The notes beneath the pieces are model-generated. The model saw only the letters and a program-made list of their open reading frames with translations, did no database searches and was not told the DNA's origin. Positions 8,181-18,102 of a DNA stretch of 45,055 nt are shown here, one piece after another (position 1 is the first letter of the stretch; each line of letters starts with the position of its first letter). Position numbers and translations under genes: made by a program. Source of the stretch: Coleofasciculaceae cyanobacterium (GTDB taxonomy: Bacteria > Cyanobacteriota > Cyanobacteriia > Cyanobacteriales > Coleofasciculaceae); NCBI GenBank assembly GCA_036703325.1, contig DATNPI010000105.1, forward strand, positions 1 to 45,055, written 5' to 3'.

Positions 8181-10511
8181 TCAGACGTGGGGGTGGACTA
8201 CAAGTTCATCACCCATAATTGGAGAGTCAGTGGACGGTAGGGTTCCGTAAGGAATGTTTGTGCCTTTCCTGACATGATTAGCTACTACACCCAGGCTAGG
8301 TAAGCGAAAAGCGTTTAATTGCTCTAGAACTTGCTTGACTACAGAACGGTTAGTCTTGCGAACTCCCACAACCATCAAGAGCCCATCTGTATGGGCAGCC
8401 AAGAAATTGGCATCCATACGGTCAAGAAGATGGGATGTGTCATAAATAACCAAGTCAAATGTTGCCTGAAATTCCTCCATCAGATACTGCATCTGAGCAG
8501 ACCCAAGCAGTTTGGTAGAGTTGGGGAGGAGTTGACCAGCCGTCAACACAAAAAGATTATCTGCCATGGGCGATCGCTGGATGATCTCGGTGGGAGCCAG
8601 TTTTTTGTTCAGGAGGTCACTAAGTCCCTTATGGTTGGGTAAGTCTAACTTAGTGTGGAGCTGAGGTTGACGTAAATTGGCATCTACCAATAGGACTCGC
8701 TGACCCATTGATGCCGCCGCTTGGGCTAGGTGTAAAGCAACTGTAGATTTGCCATCCCCAGGTGCCGCTGAGCAGATAGCCAAGGAGCGAACCGGTGGAT
8801 CTGAGTAGAGAAAACGGATGTTGGCGTAGAGGGCGTCAAACGCATCCTGGAATCGAGAAGTACTCCTAAGAGTGCCATCTGTTCCTTCAATAGACCCAGC
8901 CAAGGCGGTTGAATCCGGTAATTGCTCAGCGTCGGTGTAGCGTGGAATCACCCCTAACAGAGGTAATTGACCAGCCTCTTTAATCTCCTCAGGGCTGTAG
9001 AAGATATTGCGGAATTTCTCTACGAGTAGAGCCGCCACTACACCCAAAAACAGTCCCAACACCACTCCCAAAATCTGAAGGTTTTTCGCTTTACTAGGAG
9101 CCGGGATTGCATCACCGTTCTCGTCACGCGGAACTACAGGTTTGGAAACGAGTTCCCAAGGCACTTGCTTTTGAGCTGCCTCGACTTGCAGTGTTTCTCG
9201 CTGACTCTTGAGTTGATCGCGTGTCTTTGTCGCCAGATCCAATTGCTGCTGTAGCTCAGTATACTGGCGTGCAATAGTCGGGAACTGCTGTGCTTGTCGC
9301 TCAAGAGAATTTCTAGACTGTGCTAGTGACTGATTGCGCACCTCTAGCTGTTGAATTTGGTTAGCGGCACCAACCAGTTGGTTGATCAGCGCTAGACGAA
9401 CCGAATTTTGGAAGGCTTGCACTTGGGGATTGTTGGTTGTCCCGACTTTTCCCTGCCCTAAAATCCGAGACGTTTCTTGATTTTGTAAGGATAGTAAGTT
9501 GTTCCGTTTAGCCTGTAGAGCTTGGACAGTGGGACTATCGGCTAAAAAGCGGGCCGATTCGACAGCAATCTGATTGTCTAATTCCTGAACCTTTGCCTGT
9601 AATGCTTTATAGTTAGGGTCTTCACTCAGCGCTGATGCCGCGATCGCTTCATCAGGCGTTAGCTCTAGTTGTTTCTGTAAGTTGACATAGAGCATCCTCT
9701 GCTCTTGTAACTGGTTTTCGGCGTCTCGTTGTTGAGTACCAAGAGTACGAATTTGCGTAAATAATTCTTGGCCCTGCACTTGAGGATCGGTCAGCTTGTA
9801 CTGCTGTTGCAGCCTCTGCCGCTGCAACTGAAGGTCAGATACTCGCTTCTCCAACTGGGGGAGTTGCTCGTCAATAAACTTAACCCCCTCACCAATGCGA
9901 GATTTTCGTTCCTCAAGGCTGTACCTTAAATATTTGGCAGCTGTTACGTCTAAAACATACTGGACTTGATCGGCCTCTAGCCCCTGGTAGGTAACTTGGA
10001 TCATCTTGGTTGGGTCACCCGCATTAGCCTTTCCGCTTTCGTAGCGTTTAACCACTAATCCAGTTTGGAGTTCAACCAGACTAAAGTTGGGATACTTGGT
10101 TTTTACTTGCTCAAGAATTTCAGACAGCATTTTAGGGCTGCGCAAAATCTCAAGCTGAGTTGGATAGTCCAGGGGTGTGTCTTGAGGCGGCAGTGCCCCT
10201 CCCTGAGTGCGAGTGAGTGCAGAGGGATCGGCAATTCTCGCTTCATTCGTTACAGGCTCGACTAAAAGCCGAAAATCACCTTCATATACAGGCTTGGTGC
10301 CCTTAGTCAAAGACCAGACTCCAAACGTCACTATACCGGCGATGCCAAGAACCAGCAGAGCTTTCCGCCGAACAGTCCTCAAGATCGGACGCAGATTCAA
10401 TCCTCTTTGAGGCGGAGCGCTGAACTCATCTTTGTCAACCGATGGCAATTCCTGTAACTGCCTGCCTCGCTTGCTAATTGATAAAAGTTGAGAGCCCTGT
10501 TCTATTTCCAT
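8181..10511 (-). CDS. wzc: Polysaccharide co-polymerase / tyrosine-autokinase family protein (Wzc/GumC-like)
   Basis: This is a 776-aa ORF. It has an N-terminal TM helix (ALLVLGIAGIVTFGVW) and a long coiled-coil periplasmic region. A second TM follows (LQILGVVLGLFLGVVAALLV). The C-terminal P-loop ATPase has Walker A AAPGDGKST, Walker A' VLLVDANLRQP and Walker B LVIYDTSH. Confidence 0.9.
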   Translation of the reverse strand: MEIEQGSQLLSISKRGRQLQELPSVDKDEFSAPPQRGLNLRPILRTVRRKALLVLGIAGIVTFGVWSLTKGTKPVYEGDFRLLVEPVTNEARIADPSALTRTQGGALPPQDTPLDYPTQLEILRSPKMLSEILEQVKTKYPNFSLVELQTGLVVKRYESGKANAGDPTKMIQVTYQGLEADQVQYVLDVTAAKYLRYSLEERKSRIGEGVKFIDEQLPQLEKRVSDLQLQRQRLQQQYKLTDPQVQGQELFTQIRTLGTQQRDAENQLQEQRMLYVNLQKQLELTPDEAIAASALSEDPNYKALQAKVQELDNQIAVESARFLADSPTVQALQAKRNNLLSLQNQETSRILGQGKVGTTNNPQVQAFQNSVRLALINQLVGAANQIQQLEVRNQSLAQSRNSLERQAQQFPTIARQYTELQQQLDLATKTRDQLKSQRETLQVEAAQKQVPWELVSKPVVPRDENGDAIPAPSKAKNLQILGVVLGLFLGVVAALLVEKFRNIFYSPEEIKEAGQLPLLGVIPRYTDAEQLPDSTALAGSIEGTDGTLRSTSRFQDAFDALYANIRFLYSDPPVRSLAICSAAPGDGKSTVALHLAQAAASMGQRVLLVDANLRQPQLHTKLDLPNHKGLSDLLNKKLAPTEIIQRSPMADNLFVLTAGQLLPNSTKLLGSAQMQYLMEEFQATFDLVIYDTSHLLDRMDANFLAAHTDGLLMVVGVRKTNRSVVKQVLEQLNAFRLPSLGVVANHVRKGTNIPYGTLPSTDSPIMGDELVVHPHV

Positions 10512-10962
10512 TTTGACCTCTGTATAGTTTGTTGACTCGCCCCCCTCGGGAAACCCCTACGTCGTAAATGACGACATTCGATCCAGCTCTTCACAGCTTG
10601 TGGTAGAGGAGGTAATCTAATGCTGCTTAAGTTTCCTTACTATTACCCGTTCGGTAGTAGTTTGCCCAATCCCTCAAGTAGGGGGGTGAGGTGCGTTTAC
10701 AAGAGCGCCTCTCGGGCGGGGTAGTTTGTGAGCTTTTTTCGTCTGTAGCTAGTAGTTTGACGTGGTTGATTACCTCTCAAGAGCTGGGTTTGATAAGAGT
10801 TGTCAATCGCTTCCCGGTTGTTCTGTTTGGTGGAAAACCAATTGTGCATTGACGTTATGTTAAATCCTAGGAAGTCGAATCCGGTTGCGTGTTCAACAGC
10901 CGCCGCTGGCGGCAAGCTCTAGTTGTCATCGATAGAAGAATAGCTGTCATCCCAACTCAATA

Positions 10963-11815
10963 GGGTTTTATATACTCTGCACGGTCATAACTTGCGCTCG
11001 GCTTAGGCATCCAGTATACTCACCAACTAGCTCGGATGTGCTCTTTTCATATGGGGAAAATGCTAACAATTGAGTTTACCGAAGCCGAGAAGCAAGCGCT
11101 TAATTATGAACGATTTCATCATCCCCATCCGCGTGTTCAACGAAAGATGGAAGCGTTATGGCTTAAAAGCCAAGGACTATCTCATAAGGACATTGCTAAA
11201 CTCACTGGCATTTCTCCCAATACTCTGCGTAGCTATCTGCGCGCTTATCAGTCAGGTGGAAGAGAAAGGCTCAAGCAGATTAATTTCTACCGCCCGAAAA
11301 GTGAGTTGATGACCCAGGTAGAAACCCTCGAAGCCTACTTTCGGCAATCGCCACCCACCAGTATTCGAGACGCCGCCACTAAAATTGAAGAACTTACAGG
11401 AATCAAGCGCCGTCCCACTCAGGTTCGGCAGTTTTTAAAGTCCCTAGGAATGCGCTGTCTCAAAGTAGGTGTTGGTCACGACTTAGCCGACCCCGACCTC
11501 CAAGCCGACTTGAAAAAAAAGAACTAGAATCCTGCCGAGAAGAAAGCTTTCGCTCTTTACCTCTGGGAATCAAGTTTCTCTACCTCCCATCTGACGAGCT
11601 AAAATTCAACCGGATAGAGCGGTTGTGGAAGTTCGTCAAAAAGCCAAGTTAATCTTGTTTCGCCTTGCCCAGAGTTGTCTGGATTTAATACGGCAATTTC
11701 TAGCTTCATCTATACAGCACCCTTGATGCCCAGAGAAGGAATTAGATTCCTTGCTCACCCCGCTATTCCAAACCTTTGATAAAGCTCAGTTTATAGCCGT
11801 CTAAAGTATAACCCG
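10963..11815 (+). mobile_element. Decayed IS630-family insertion sequence (internal deletion of the DDE domain)
   Basis: The imperfect terminal inverted repeats are ATACTCTGCACGGTCATAACT (10972-10992) and AGTTTATAGCCGTCTAAAGTAT (11788-11809). The HTH orfA is intact. Downstream frames still read KKELESCREE, then GIKFLYLPSDELKFNRIERLWKFVKK (the conserved IS630 C-terminal block). The catalytic core between these two segments is missing. Confidence 0.7.
11036..11527 (+). pseudogene. IS630-family transposase, N-terminal HTH portion only
   Basis: It reads MLTIEFTEAEKQALNYERFHHPHPRVQRKMEALWLKSQGLSHKDIAKLTGISPNTLRSYLRAYQSGG, a typical IS630 orfA. It ends at an A8 run (11513-11520), the usual frameshift site. 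The downstream DDE part is mostly deleted. Confidence 0.75.
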
Positions 11816-12077
11816 ATCTTGAGTAAAGCTTGAAACAATCTTAGCTCTGATAGCGAGAAAAGGGCGGAAAGTGAGCTATTCACGTCAGGCATATGGATTT
11901 CGGAGAATAGTTCTTAAATTTACAAAAATTTTACAAAAATAATCGCTCGGATGAAGGATTGGCAAAGCTTCTCATCCTTCAAACAAACGGAAATAATCTG
12001 AGGAAAGAGCAAAAGTCTAATTTCACAACAGCTATAAAAGATTAAGCAAGAAATCCTATTTTCACGCCTTGTTCACA

Positions 12078-13355
12078 ATGACAATTGCTTATCTCGTTAA
12101 TCAGTATCCGAAGGTTAGCCATAGCTTCATCCGGCGAGAAATTGCAGGGGTAGAGGCTTGCGGTCTTCAAGTCGGCCGTTTTTCAATCCGCTCCAAGGGC
12201 AGTGAGCTCGTTGACGAAGTAGACAAACTAGAGCAAGAATTGACTCAGGTTGTCCTAGGAATTGGGAAAGTCAGATTGCTGTTTGCCCTACTCCGCGTTG
12301 CGATAACCAGACCTGCTCGTTTTTTGAGTGCATTATGGTTAATGCTCCGGGTCGGCTGGAATTCTGAGCGGGGTGTATTGCGCCATTTTGCTTACTTAGC
12401 AGAAGCTTGTGTTCTTCTCGGTTGGTTTTCCCAAAAGGGGATAGCACACGTTCACGCTCACTTCGGGACAAATTCAACGACCGTAGCGATGTTGTGTCAT
12501 GCCCTTGGCGGACCCACCTACAGCTTCACCGTTCATGGTCCTGAAGAGTTTGATAAAGCCGAAGCTATAGCCCTACCAGAAAAAATCAAGCGAGCCGATT
12601 TTGTTGTAGGGGTCAGCTCATTCGGGAAGAGCCAGCTTTATCGGTGGTGCGACTACAAGCAATGGTCAAAAATCCATGTGGTTCATTGTGGTGTGGACGA
12701 TCTGTTTTTGACTCAGGCTCATACTCCTATACCTGACCAACCCCGCCTAGTCTGTGTTGGTCGGCTTTGCGAACAGAAAGGTCATCTAATTTTAGTCGAA
12801 GCGGCGGGTCGATTAGCAGCAGAGGGGTTGCCATTTAAGCTGATCTTGGTGGGTGATGGACCTCTGCGACCTCAGATTGAAGCCATGATTGCACAACTTG
12901 GTCTTCAAGACCACATCGAGATTACGGGGTGGGCTAGTAATCCTGAGGTTCAGCAACAGATCCTAGCTTCACGGGTCATGGTGCTACCCAGCTTCGCTGA
13001 AGGGTTGCCAGTGGTGATTATGGAAGCGCTAGCACTCTCGCGTCCAGTAATCAGCACCTATGTCGCTGGGATACCTGAACTGGTAGAACCGGGCACCTGT
13101 GGTTGGCTAGTTCCACCAGGCTCTGTTGAATCCTTAACAGAAGCGATGCGTGCCGCCTTGCAGTTGCCAGTGGAAAAGCTGGAACAGATGGGTAAGGTGG
13201 GAGCTAAGCGTGTTGCTGAGCAGCATGATGCCGTGATCGAAGCCAGCAAATTAGCGACCCTGTTTAGGGCTAACACCGAGAAGTCCCAAGACCAGCCAAT
13301 TGACGTACCGCCGAGTGTTGTCTATGCCAACATCCCCACGGCTCGGAGCAACTGA
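12078..13355 (+). CDS. GT4-family (GT-B) glycosyltransferase, WcaL-like
   Basis: The track ORF starts at TTG 12069, and the ATG at 12078 gives MTIAYLVNQYPKVSHSFIRREI. The C-terminal EX7E region reads EGLPVVIMEALALSRPVISTYVAGIPELVEPGTCGWLVPPG. Confidence 0.85.
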   Translation: MTIAYLVNQYPKVSHSFIRREIAGVEACGLQVGRFSIRSKGSELVDEVDKLEQELTQVVLGIGKVRLLFALLRVAITRPARFLSALWLMLRVGWNSERGVLRHFAYLAEACVLLGWFSQKGIAHVHAHFGTNSTTVAMLCHALGGPTYSFTVHGPEEFDKAEAIALPEKIKRADFVVGVSSFGKSQLYRWCDYKQWSKIHVVHCGVDDLFLTQAHTPIPDQPRLVCVGRLCEQKGHLILVEAAGRLAAEGLPFKLILVGDGPLRPQIEAMIAQLGLQDHIEITGWASNPEVQQQILASRVMVLPSFAEGLPVVIMEALALSRPVISTYVAGIPELVEPGTCGWLVPPGSVESLTEAMRAALQLPVEKLEQMGKVGAKRVAEQHDAVIEASKLATLFRANTEKSQDQPIDVPPSVVYANIPTARSN

Positions 13356-13415
13356 TGCTTCAACCCCGACCCTAACCCTACAACTCCGGCTTCCCCACTC
13401 GCCAACAAAATAACC

Positions 13416-14762
13416 ATGTCATCAATTAAAAAGCTTGCCATCCGTGGGACCCTCTGGACAATTGCTGGCTATGGAGCAAGTCAGGTTCTGCGACTCGGCG
13501 GTAACCTAGTTCTAACTCGCCTGCTTGAGCCAAAATTGTTTGGTCTCATGGCATTGGTTTATGTCTTCATCACTGGCTTGCACCTATTCTCAGACATTGG
13601 CATTGGTACGAGCATTATCCAGAATAAACGCGGGGATGACCCAGCATTTCTCAATACAGCCTGGACCTTACAGGTGTTTCGCGGCGGACTTCTGTGGGTT
13701 TGTTCCCTTTTGCTCGCTTGGCCCGTTGCCCAGTTCTATAATGAGCCACAGTTTTTGTGGTTAATCCCAGTCGTTGCGCTAACGGCACTGATTTCCGGGT
13801 TCAACTCCACCGCGATTTACACCCTCAACCGCCACATGGATGTCCGTCTGGTGTCATTGTTTGAGTTAGGGAGGCAGATAATCACCCTAGCCGTGACGAT
13901 TGTCTGGGCGATCTTCGATCATTCAATCAGGGCTCTTGTCGCTGGCGCTATTGTGACGGAAATAGTCGCACTGGTGTGGACCTTTCGAATGATACCCAAC
14001 ACGTCGAACCGATTTGCTTGGGACAAGGACGCTGTCAAGGAAATTTTTTCCTTTGGGAAGTGGATATTTCTTTCAACAGCTGTGACATTTTTTGCTGAGC
14101 AAGCGGATCGACTCATTCTCGGCAAACTAGTTCCATTGGAAATCTTAGGAGTTTATGGCGTTGCACTGACGTTCGCGGACCTGCCACGCAATGTTACAAA
14201 TGCGATCAGCGCTAAAGTGATTTTTCCGGCTCTTTCCAAGGTCAATGAGCTACCGCGTTATGAAATTCGCGCCAAACTCCAGCGTAACCGCAAGCCAATC
14301 ATCCTTGCCTTAGCTGTTGGCTTAGCCGTGCTGGCTAGTTTTGGGGATGTCTTGATCAAGGTTTTATATGACAAACGGTACATTGAGGCAGCGTGGATGC
14401 TGCCAATCCTGGCGTTAGGGATTTGGCCTCGCATGCTGTGCAATACCAATGAACCATCCCTGATGGCAATCGGGAAACCTCAATATGGAACCGCCGCTCA
14501 GGTTACCAGGGTTGTTTTCACTTCCGCTGGAGTTCTGCTGGGATTTCACTTATATAAAGTGCCAGGAGCAATTATCGCTGTGGCACTGAATGACCTTTTT
14601 TTCTACCTGACCATCAACTATGGACTCTGGCGTGAGAGACTTGATGGATTGATACAGGACATTCTTGCAACCGTACTACTTGTAGCCTTACTAGCCGCCA
14701 TCGTGGCAGGTCGAGTCGCTTTAGGGTTTGGTCTCCCTATCTCTGGGTTGCCTTCGCCTTGA
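13416..14762 (+). CDS. wzx: Wzx-like oligosaccharide flippase (polysaccharide biosynthesis protein, MOP superfamily)
   Basis: This is a 448-aa polytopic membrane protein. The N-terminus is MSSIKKLAIRGTLWTIAGYGASQVLRLGGNLVLTRLLEPKLFGLMAL, and about 12 or more hydrophobic segments follow. Both features are typical of Wzx. Confidence 0.8.
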   Translation: MSSIKKLAIRGTLWTIAGYGASQVLRLGGNLVLTRLLEPKLFGLMALVYVFITGLHLFSDIGIGTSIIQNKRGDDPAFLNTAWTLQVFRGGLLWVCSLLLAWPVAQFYNEPQFLWLIPVVALTALISGFNSTAIYTLNRHMDVRLVSLFELGRQIITLAVTIVWAIFDHSIRALVAGAIVTEIVALVWTFRMIPNTSNRFAWDKDAVKEIFSFGKWIFLSTAVTFFAEQADRLILGKLVPLEILGVYGVALTFADLPRNVTNAISAKVIFPALSKVNELPRYEIRAKLQRNRKPIILALAVGLAVLASFGDVLIKVLYDKRYIEAAWMLPILALGIWPRMLCNTNEPSLMAIGKPQYGTAAQVTRVVFTSAGVLLGFHLYKVPGAIIAVALNDLFFYLTINYGLWRERLDGLIQDILATVLLVALLAAIVAGRVALGFGLPISGLPSP

Positions 14763-15792
14763 CATCCTCCCCGCAAGAGCTTGCGCTCTTGCAAGAGAGT
14801 TCCCCCCGTGCCACACACCGTTGCACTTACCTAAGTAGAGTTTCCGGCAACTCAGGCGCTCTCGTTATTTCATTCCGTTGAAGTGTCACACTCATCTTTT
14901 GGGGGATTAGAGGTTGGGAACTCCTGAAGATGATTTGAAGTAGCCTATGGATTCCCCATCACCAATTACAACTTCCAACCCAACGGATTTCCCTAGCCCT
15001 TGGGTGCAGAATGTGCGGCTGGAACTCTCTTGAAGATAGCTTTTCCAACCCATTGGGGGGCGATCGCACTTGTCTTTTTTTAGGTCATTCTAGGTTAGGC
15101 GAACGTGCGTTTTTTAGATCATTCTTTTTTAGGGAGTGAAACAGCTCTACCCTTTCAAGGGGATTGGTGGAAATCTATCTGTAGTCCATCAAAAGTGAAA
15201 TAGTATCGTTTTTAACAAAACTCAAATGTAAAGGCTCGGTATAGTCGGGTCAGTGTTTGAGAATAAATGATAAAGAATGAATTCCCCCTGTAAACTTAGG
15301 TTATTTTATAAAAAGCCAATTAAATTAATCTCTATCGGCACGGCTCTAATAGCAATTCAGTAATGACAAAACGTAAGTTTCAGATAATAAACAGTTAAGT
15401 TGGGATCGCCAAACTCCTGATTTTCCCTCATTGCTCGGCTTACTGAATTAGCACTATAGTACCTACTGGTTCAGGGTTTACCTCTCCCCCAAGTTCTAGA
15501 GAAGTGATAAGCTGTCGTACCTTGAACTTCCCTATAAAACCGGACTTTATGTCAGTTGGGAGGAGTCAGTATTCAGTTACTATCGACCGCTGACTACAAG
15601 AGAGAAAGTGTAGATTTCTGTAGATTAGAAGACTAGCCGAACCGTACATAATTTTCCTCTTTCTGTAGCCGATTTATCGTCTTACTTGCCTTGCCGCTTT
15701 GGCCGCCTTCAATTTGCTATGGTCTTATGCAATCTTGTACTTAGTCATAACTACCATAGATTCGTCTAGGAACATCCAAGAAGAATATTTTT

Positions 15793-17523
15793 ATGTTGAT
15801 CGACGCACGCACATTACCTACAGATGAAGTTATTGAGACTGACGTTTGCATTGTTGGGACAGGTCCAGCAGGACTGACTCTAGCGCGTGAACTAATCGGA
15901 CAAGACTTCCGCGTCTGCGTCCTAGAAAGTGGCGGACTCGACTTGCCAGACGCGGATACTCAGTCACTTTCTGAAGTTGAAACAGATGGAGACTTTGTTC
16001 AAGTACCTCCCGATAGTCGCAATCGTCGATTCGGCGGCAATTCCACCTACTGGGGCGTAAACATCGGTAAGGGACTACTGGGTCTGAGGCATGTACCCCT
16101 AGACGAGGTAGATTTTGAAAAACGGGATTGGCTGCCCTACAGTGGCTGGCCTATCAAGAGAGACCACCTAAATCCCTATTACGAACGGGCGCAAGAAGTC
16201 TGCAGACTCGGACCTTTTGCCTATGAGGCAGAGGATTGGGAAGATGCGAACAGCCCTCGGCTCCCCTTTATCGGCGATCGCGTAACGACCCGCATATTTC
16301 AGTTCGGACCGGGTAAAGCTTTTTATCAGGATTACCGTGACGAAATTAATCGCTCCAGCAACATTACCACTTATCTCCACGCCAATGCTGTAGAGCTTGA
16401 GACCGATGAAACAGCTAGAACTGTAACCCGTGTGCGAGTAGCCTGCCTACAAGGCAATAAATTTTGGGTCAATGCCAAATTTGTGATTCTGGCTGCCGGT
16501 GGTGTCGAAAGCGCACATTTATTATTGCTATCAAACAAAACACAGAAGGCGGGTCTGGGAAATGAAAACGATCTAGTGGGTAGGTTCTTTATGGATCATC
16601 CCCTTGTCTATGGCGGTCTGTTTATCCCTGCCAGTCCAAAGCTCTTTTCCTCAATGGCTTTGTACGATTTGCGTCAATTGAGTAAGGGCACCGTGATGGG
16701 AGGACTCGCGTTGACCAATGAAGTCATACGTCGTGAGCAATTACTGAATACGTCAATGTTGCTCCTTCCCAGACCGAAGAAATATCGTCCATCCGATGCA
16801 GCTATCTCTCTCAAAGAACTGGTAACAGGGAGTGGGTTGAAGGAAGGGCCTAAGGGTGTCTTTCAACATCTGAGCAATGTGGTGACTGGCATTGGCGATA
16901 TTGCCAGCTCGGCTTACGATAAATTGACCAAAAAACCGGAACCGTTTTGGCCGAACCTGAGCACAGGAGGTTGGTCACAGCTGCCAAATAAAGAGCAAAT
17001 ATATAACGTATTTGAAGTTCTCCACCAAACTGAACAAGCCCCCCACCCAGACAACAGACTGGTACTCGCGTCGGAGTATGACAAACTGGGCAGACGGAAA
17101 GTGCTGATGCAAACACGTTGGCGTGACGTAGACATTCGTAATGTCAAACGGGCACAAACCGTATTTGCCGAAGAAATTGCTCGCGCTGGACTGGGTCGGT
17201 ACGAGGTTGAGCTAGACGGTGAACTCCCAATCCTATCAACCCCTGGAACATCCCATCATATGGGCACAACACGCATGCATGTCGATCCCAAACAAGGTGT
17301 TGTGGATGAAAACTGCCGGGTTCACAGTGTCTCTAATTTATTCATCGCTAGCAGCGCTGTTTTCCCCACCGGTGGCTTTGGTAATCCTACGTTGACTATC
17401 GTTGCTCTTGCCATCCGGATTGCTGATCAGGTGAAAACCATTATGGCGTCGAGTCCTGCAACAGTGTATGAACTCCGCTCTGAGACACCTATCCAAACCT
17501 ACTCATCGAACAGCAACAGCTGA
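15793..17523 (+). CDS. GMC-family FAD-dependent oxidoreductase
   Basis: The N-terminal Rossmann motif is DVCIVGTGPAGLTLARELI...VLESG. The C-terminal GMC block is GTSHHMGTTRM...NLFIASSAVFPTGGFGNPTLTIVALAIRIADQV. Confidence 0.9.
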   Translation: MLIDARTLPTDEVIETDVCIVGTGPAGLTLARELIGQDFRVCVLESGGLDLPDADTQSLSEVETDGDFVQVPPDSRNRRFGGNSTYWGVNIGKGLLGLRHVPLDEVDFEKRDWLPYSGWPIKRDHLNPYYERAQEVCRLGPFAYEAEDWEDANSPRLPFIGDRVTTRIFQFGPGKAFYQDYRDEINRSSNITTYLHANAVELETDETARTVTRVRVACLQGNKFWVNAKFVILAAGGVESAHLLLLSNKTQKAGLGNENDLVGRFFMDHPLVYGGLFIPASPKLFSSMALYDLRQLSKGTVMGGLALTNEVIRREQLLNTSMLLLPRPKKYRPSDAAISLKELVTGSGLKEGPKGVFQHLSNVVTGIGDIASSAYDKLTKKPEPFWPNLSTGGWSQLPNKEQIYNVFEVLHQTEQAPHPDNRLVLASEYDKLGRRKVLMQTRWRDVDIRNVKRAQTVFAEEIARAGLGRYEVELDGELPILSTPGTSHHMGTTRMHVDPKQGVVDENCRVHSVSNLFIASSAVFPTGGFGNPTLTIVALAIRIADQVKTIMASSPATVYELRSETPIQTYSSNSNS

Positions 17524-17809
17524 ACATAATTGACATCCTCCACGACCATAATCTTTGATTGGGTCGTGGATTCCCAAGATCACTTTATGGATAGCACCTT
17601 GGCGAATGCAAGCAATTCGTTGGTGAAGTCTTGTCAGTCGTTTAACAGCGGCAACAAAAAGCTCTCCTCAAACCTGTGTTGCAACTCCAAATGCATTGGT
17701 GATTGGCATTACTCGCACACAAGGAAATGATCACTAGCTAGTTGGCTGATCAATCACTTGGCGCAACAGCTGAATCCTCGATATTAAAGGTGTTGATGTT
17801 CTGCACAGG

Positions 17810-18034
17810 ATGATGTCAGCCCAAGCTACTCTCTTTCGACCCAATATCGAGCAGACTCTTGAGCAAATCCTTGCCTCTGGAGAAATTACCCTCAACGAGC
17901 AGCGTTGGTTAATATTACTATGCTTCGAGGGTTTCCTGAGTCATCAACAAGAGCATTTAGTTAACCGAGTCTACGAATCGCTACGCAATGGATTGCTCGT
18001 GGTTGTTGATGTAAGAAACAGACAGAGCAGATAA
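17810..18034 (+). CDS. Small conserved hypothetical protein (paralogue of 26238..26501)
   Basis: This ORF is 74 aa. ILASGEITLNEQRWLILLCFEGFLSHQQEHLVNRVYESLRNGLLVVV aligns with VTSSGQITLADRYGLMAALLEEELASQERASIDRLLHALRRGWLKVV in the ORF at 26238. Confidence 0.5.
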   Translation: MMSAQATLFRPNIEQTLEQILASGEITLNEQRWLILLCFEGFLSHQQEHLVNRVYESLRNGLLVVVDVRNRQSR

Positions 18035-18102
18035 AGGGGAGAGGGCGATCGCTCAAGGGTTACCCTTCTGGTACATTGACTGTACCAACTTCCTTTTCAG
18101 AT

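Noticed and set aside
10697-10915. 72-aa minus-strand ORF upstream of wzc
   Set aside because: It has no RBS and no recognisable features. It sits in the region between wzc and the IS630 relic and is probably non-coding.
17530-17730. 66-aa TTG-initiated ORF after the GMC gene
   Set aside because: Its start lies within the post-GMC hairpin, it uses a non-canonical start, and its composition is unconvincing.
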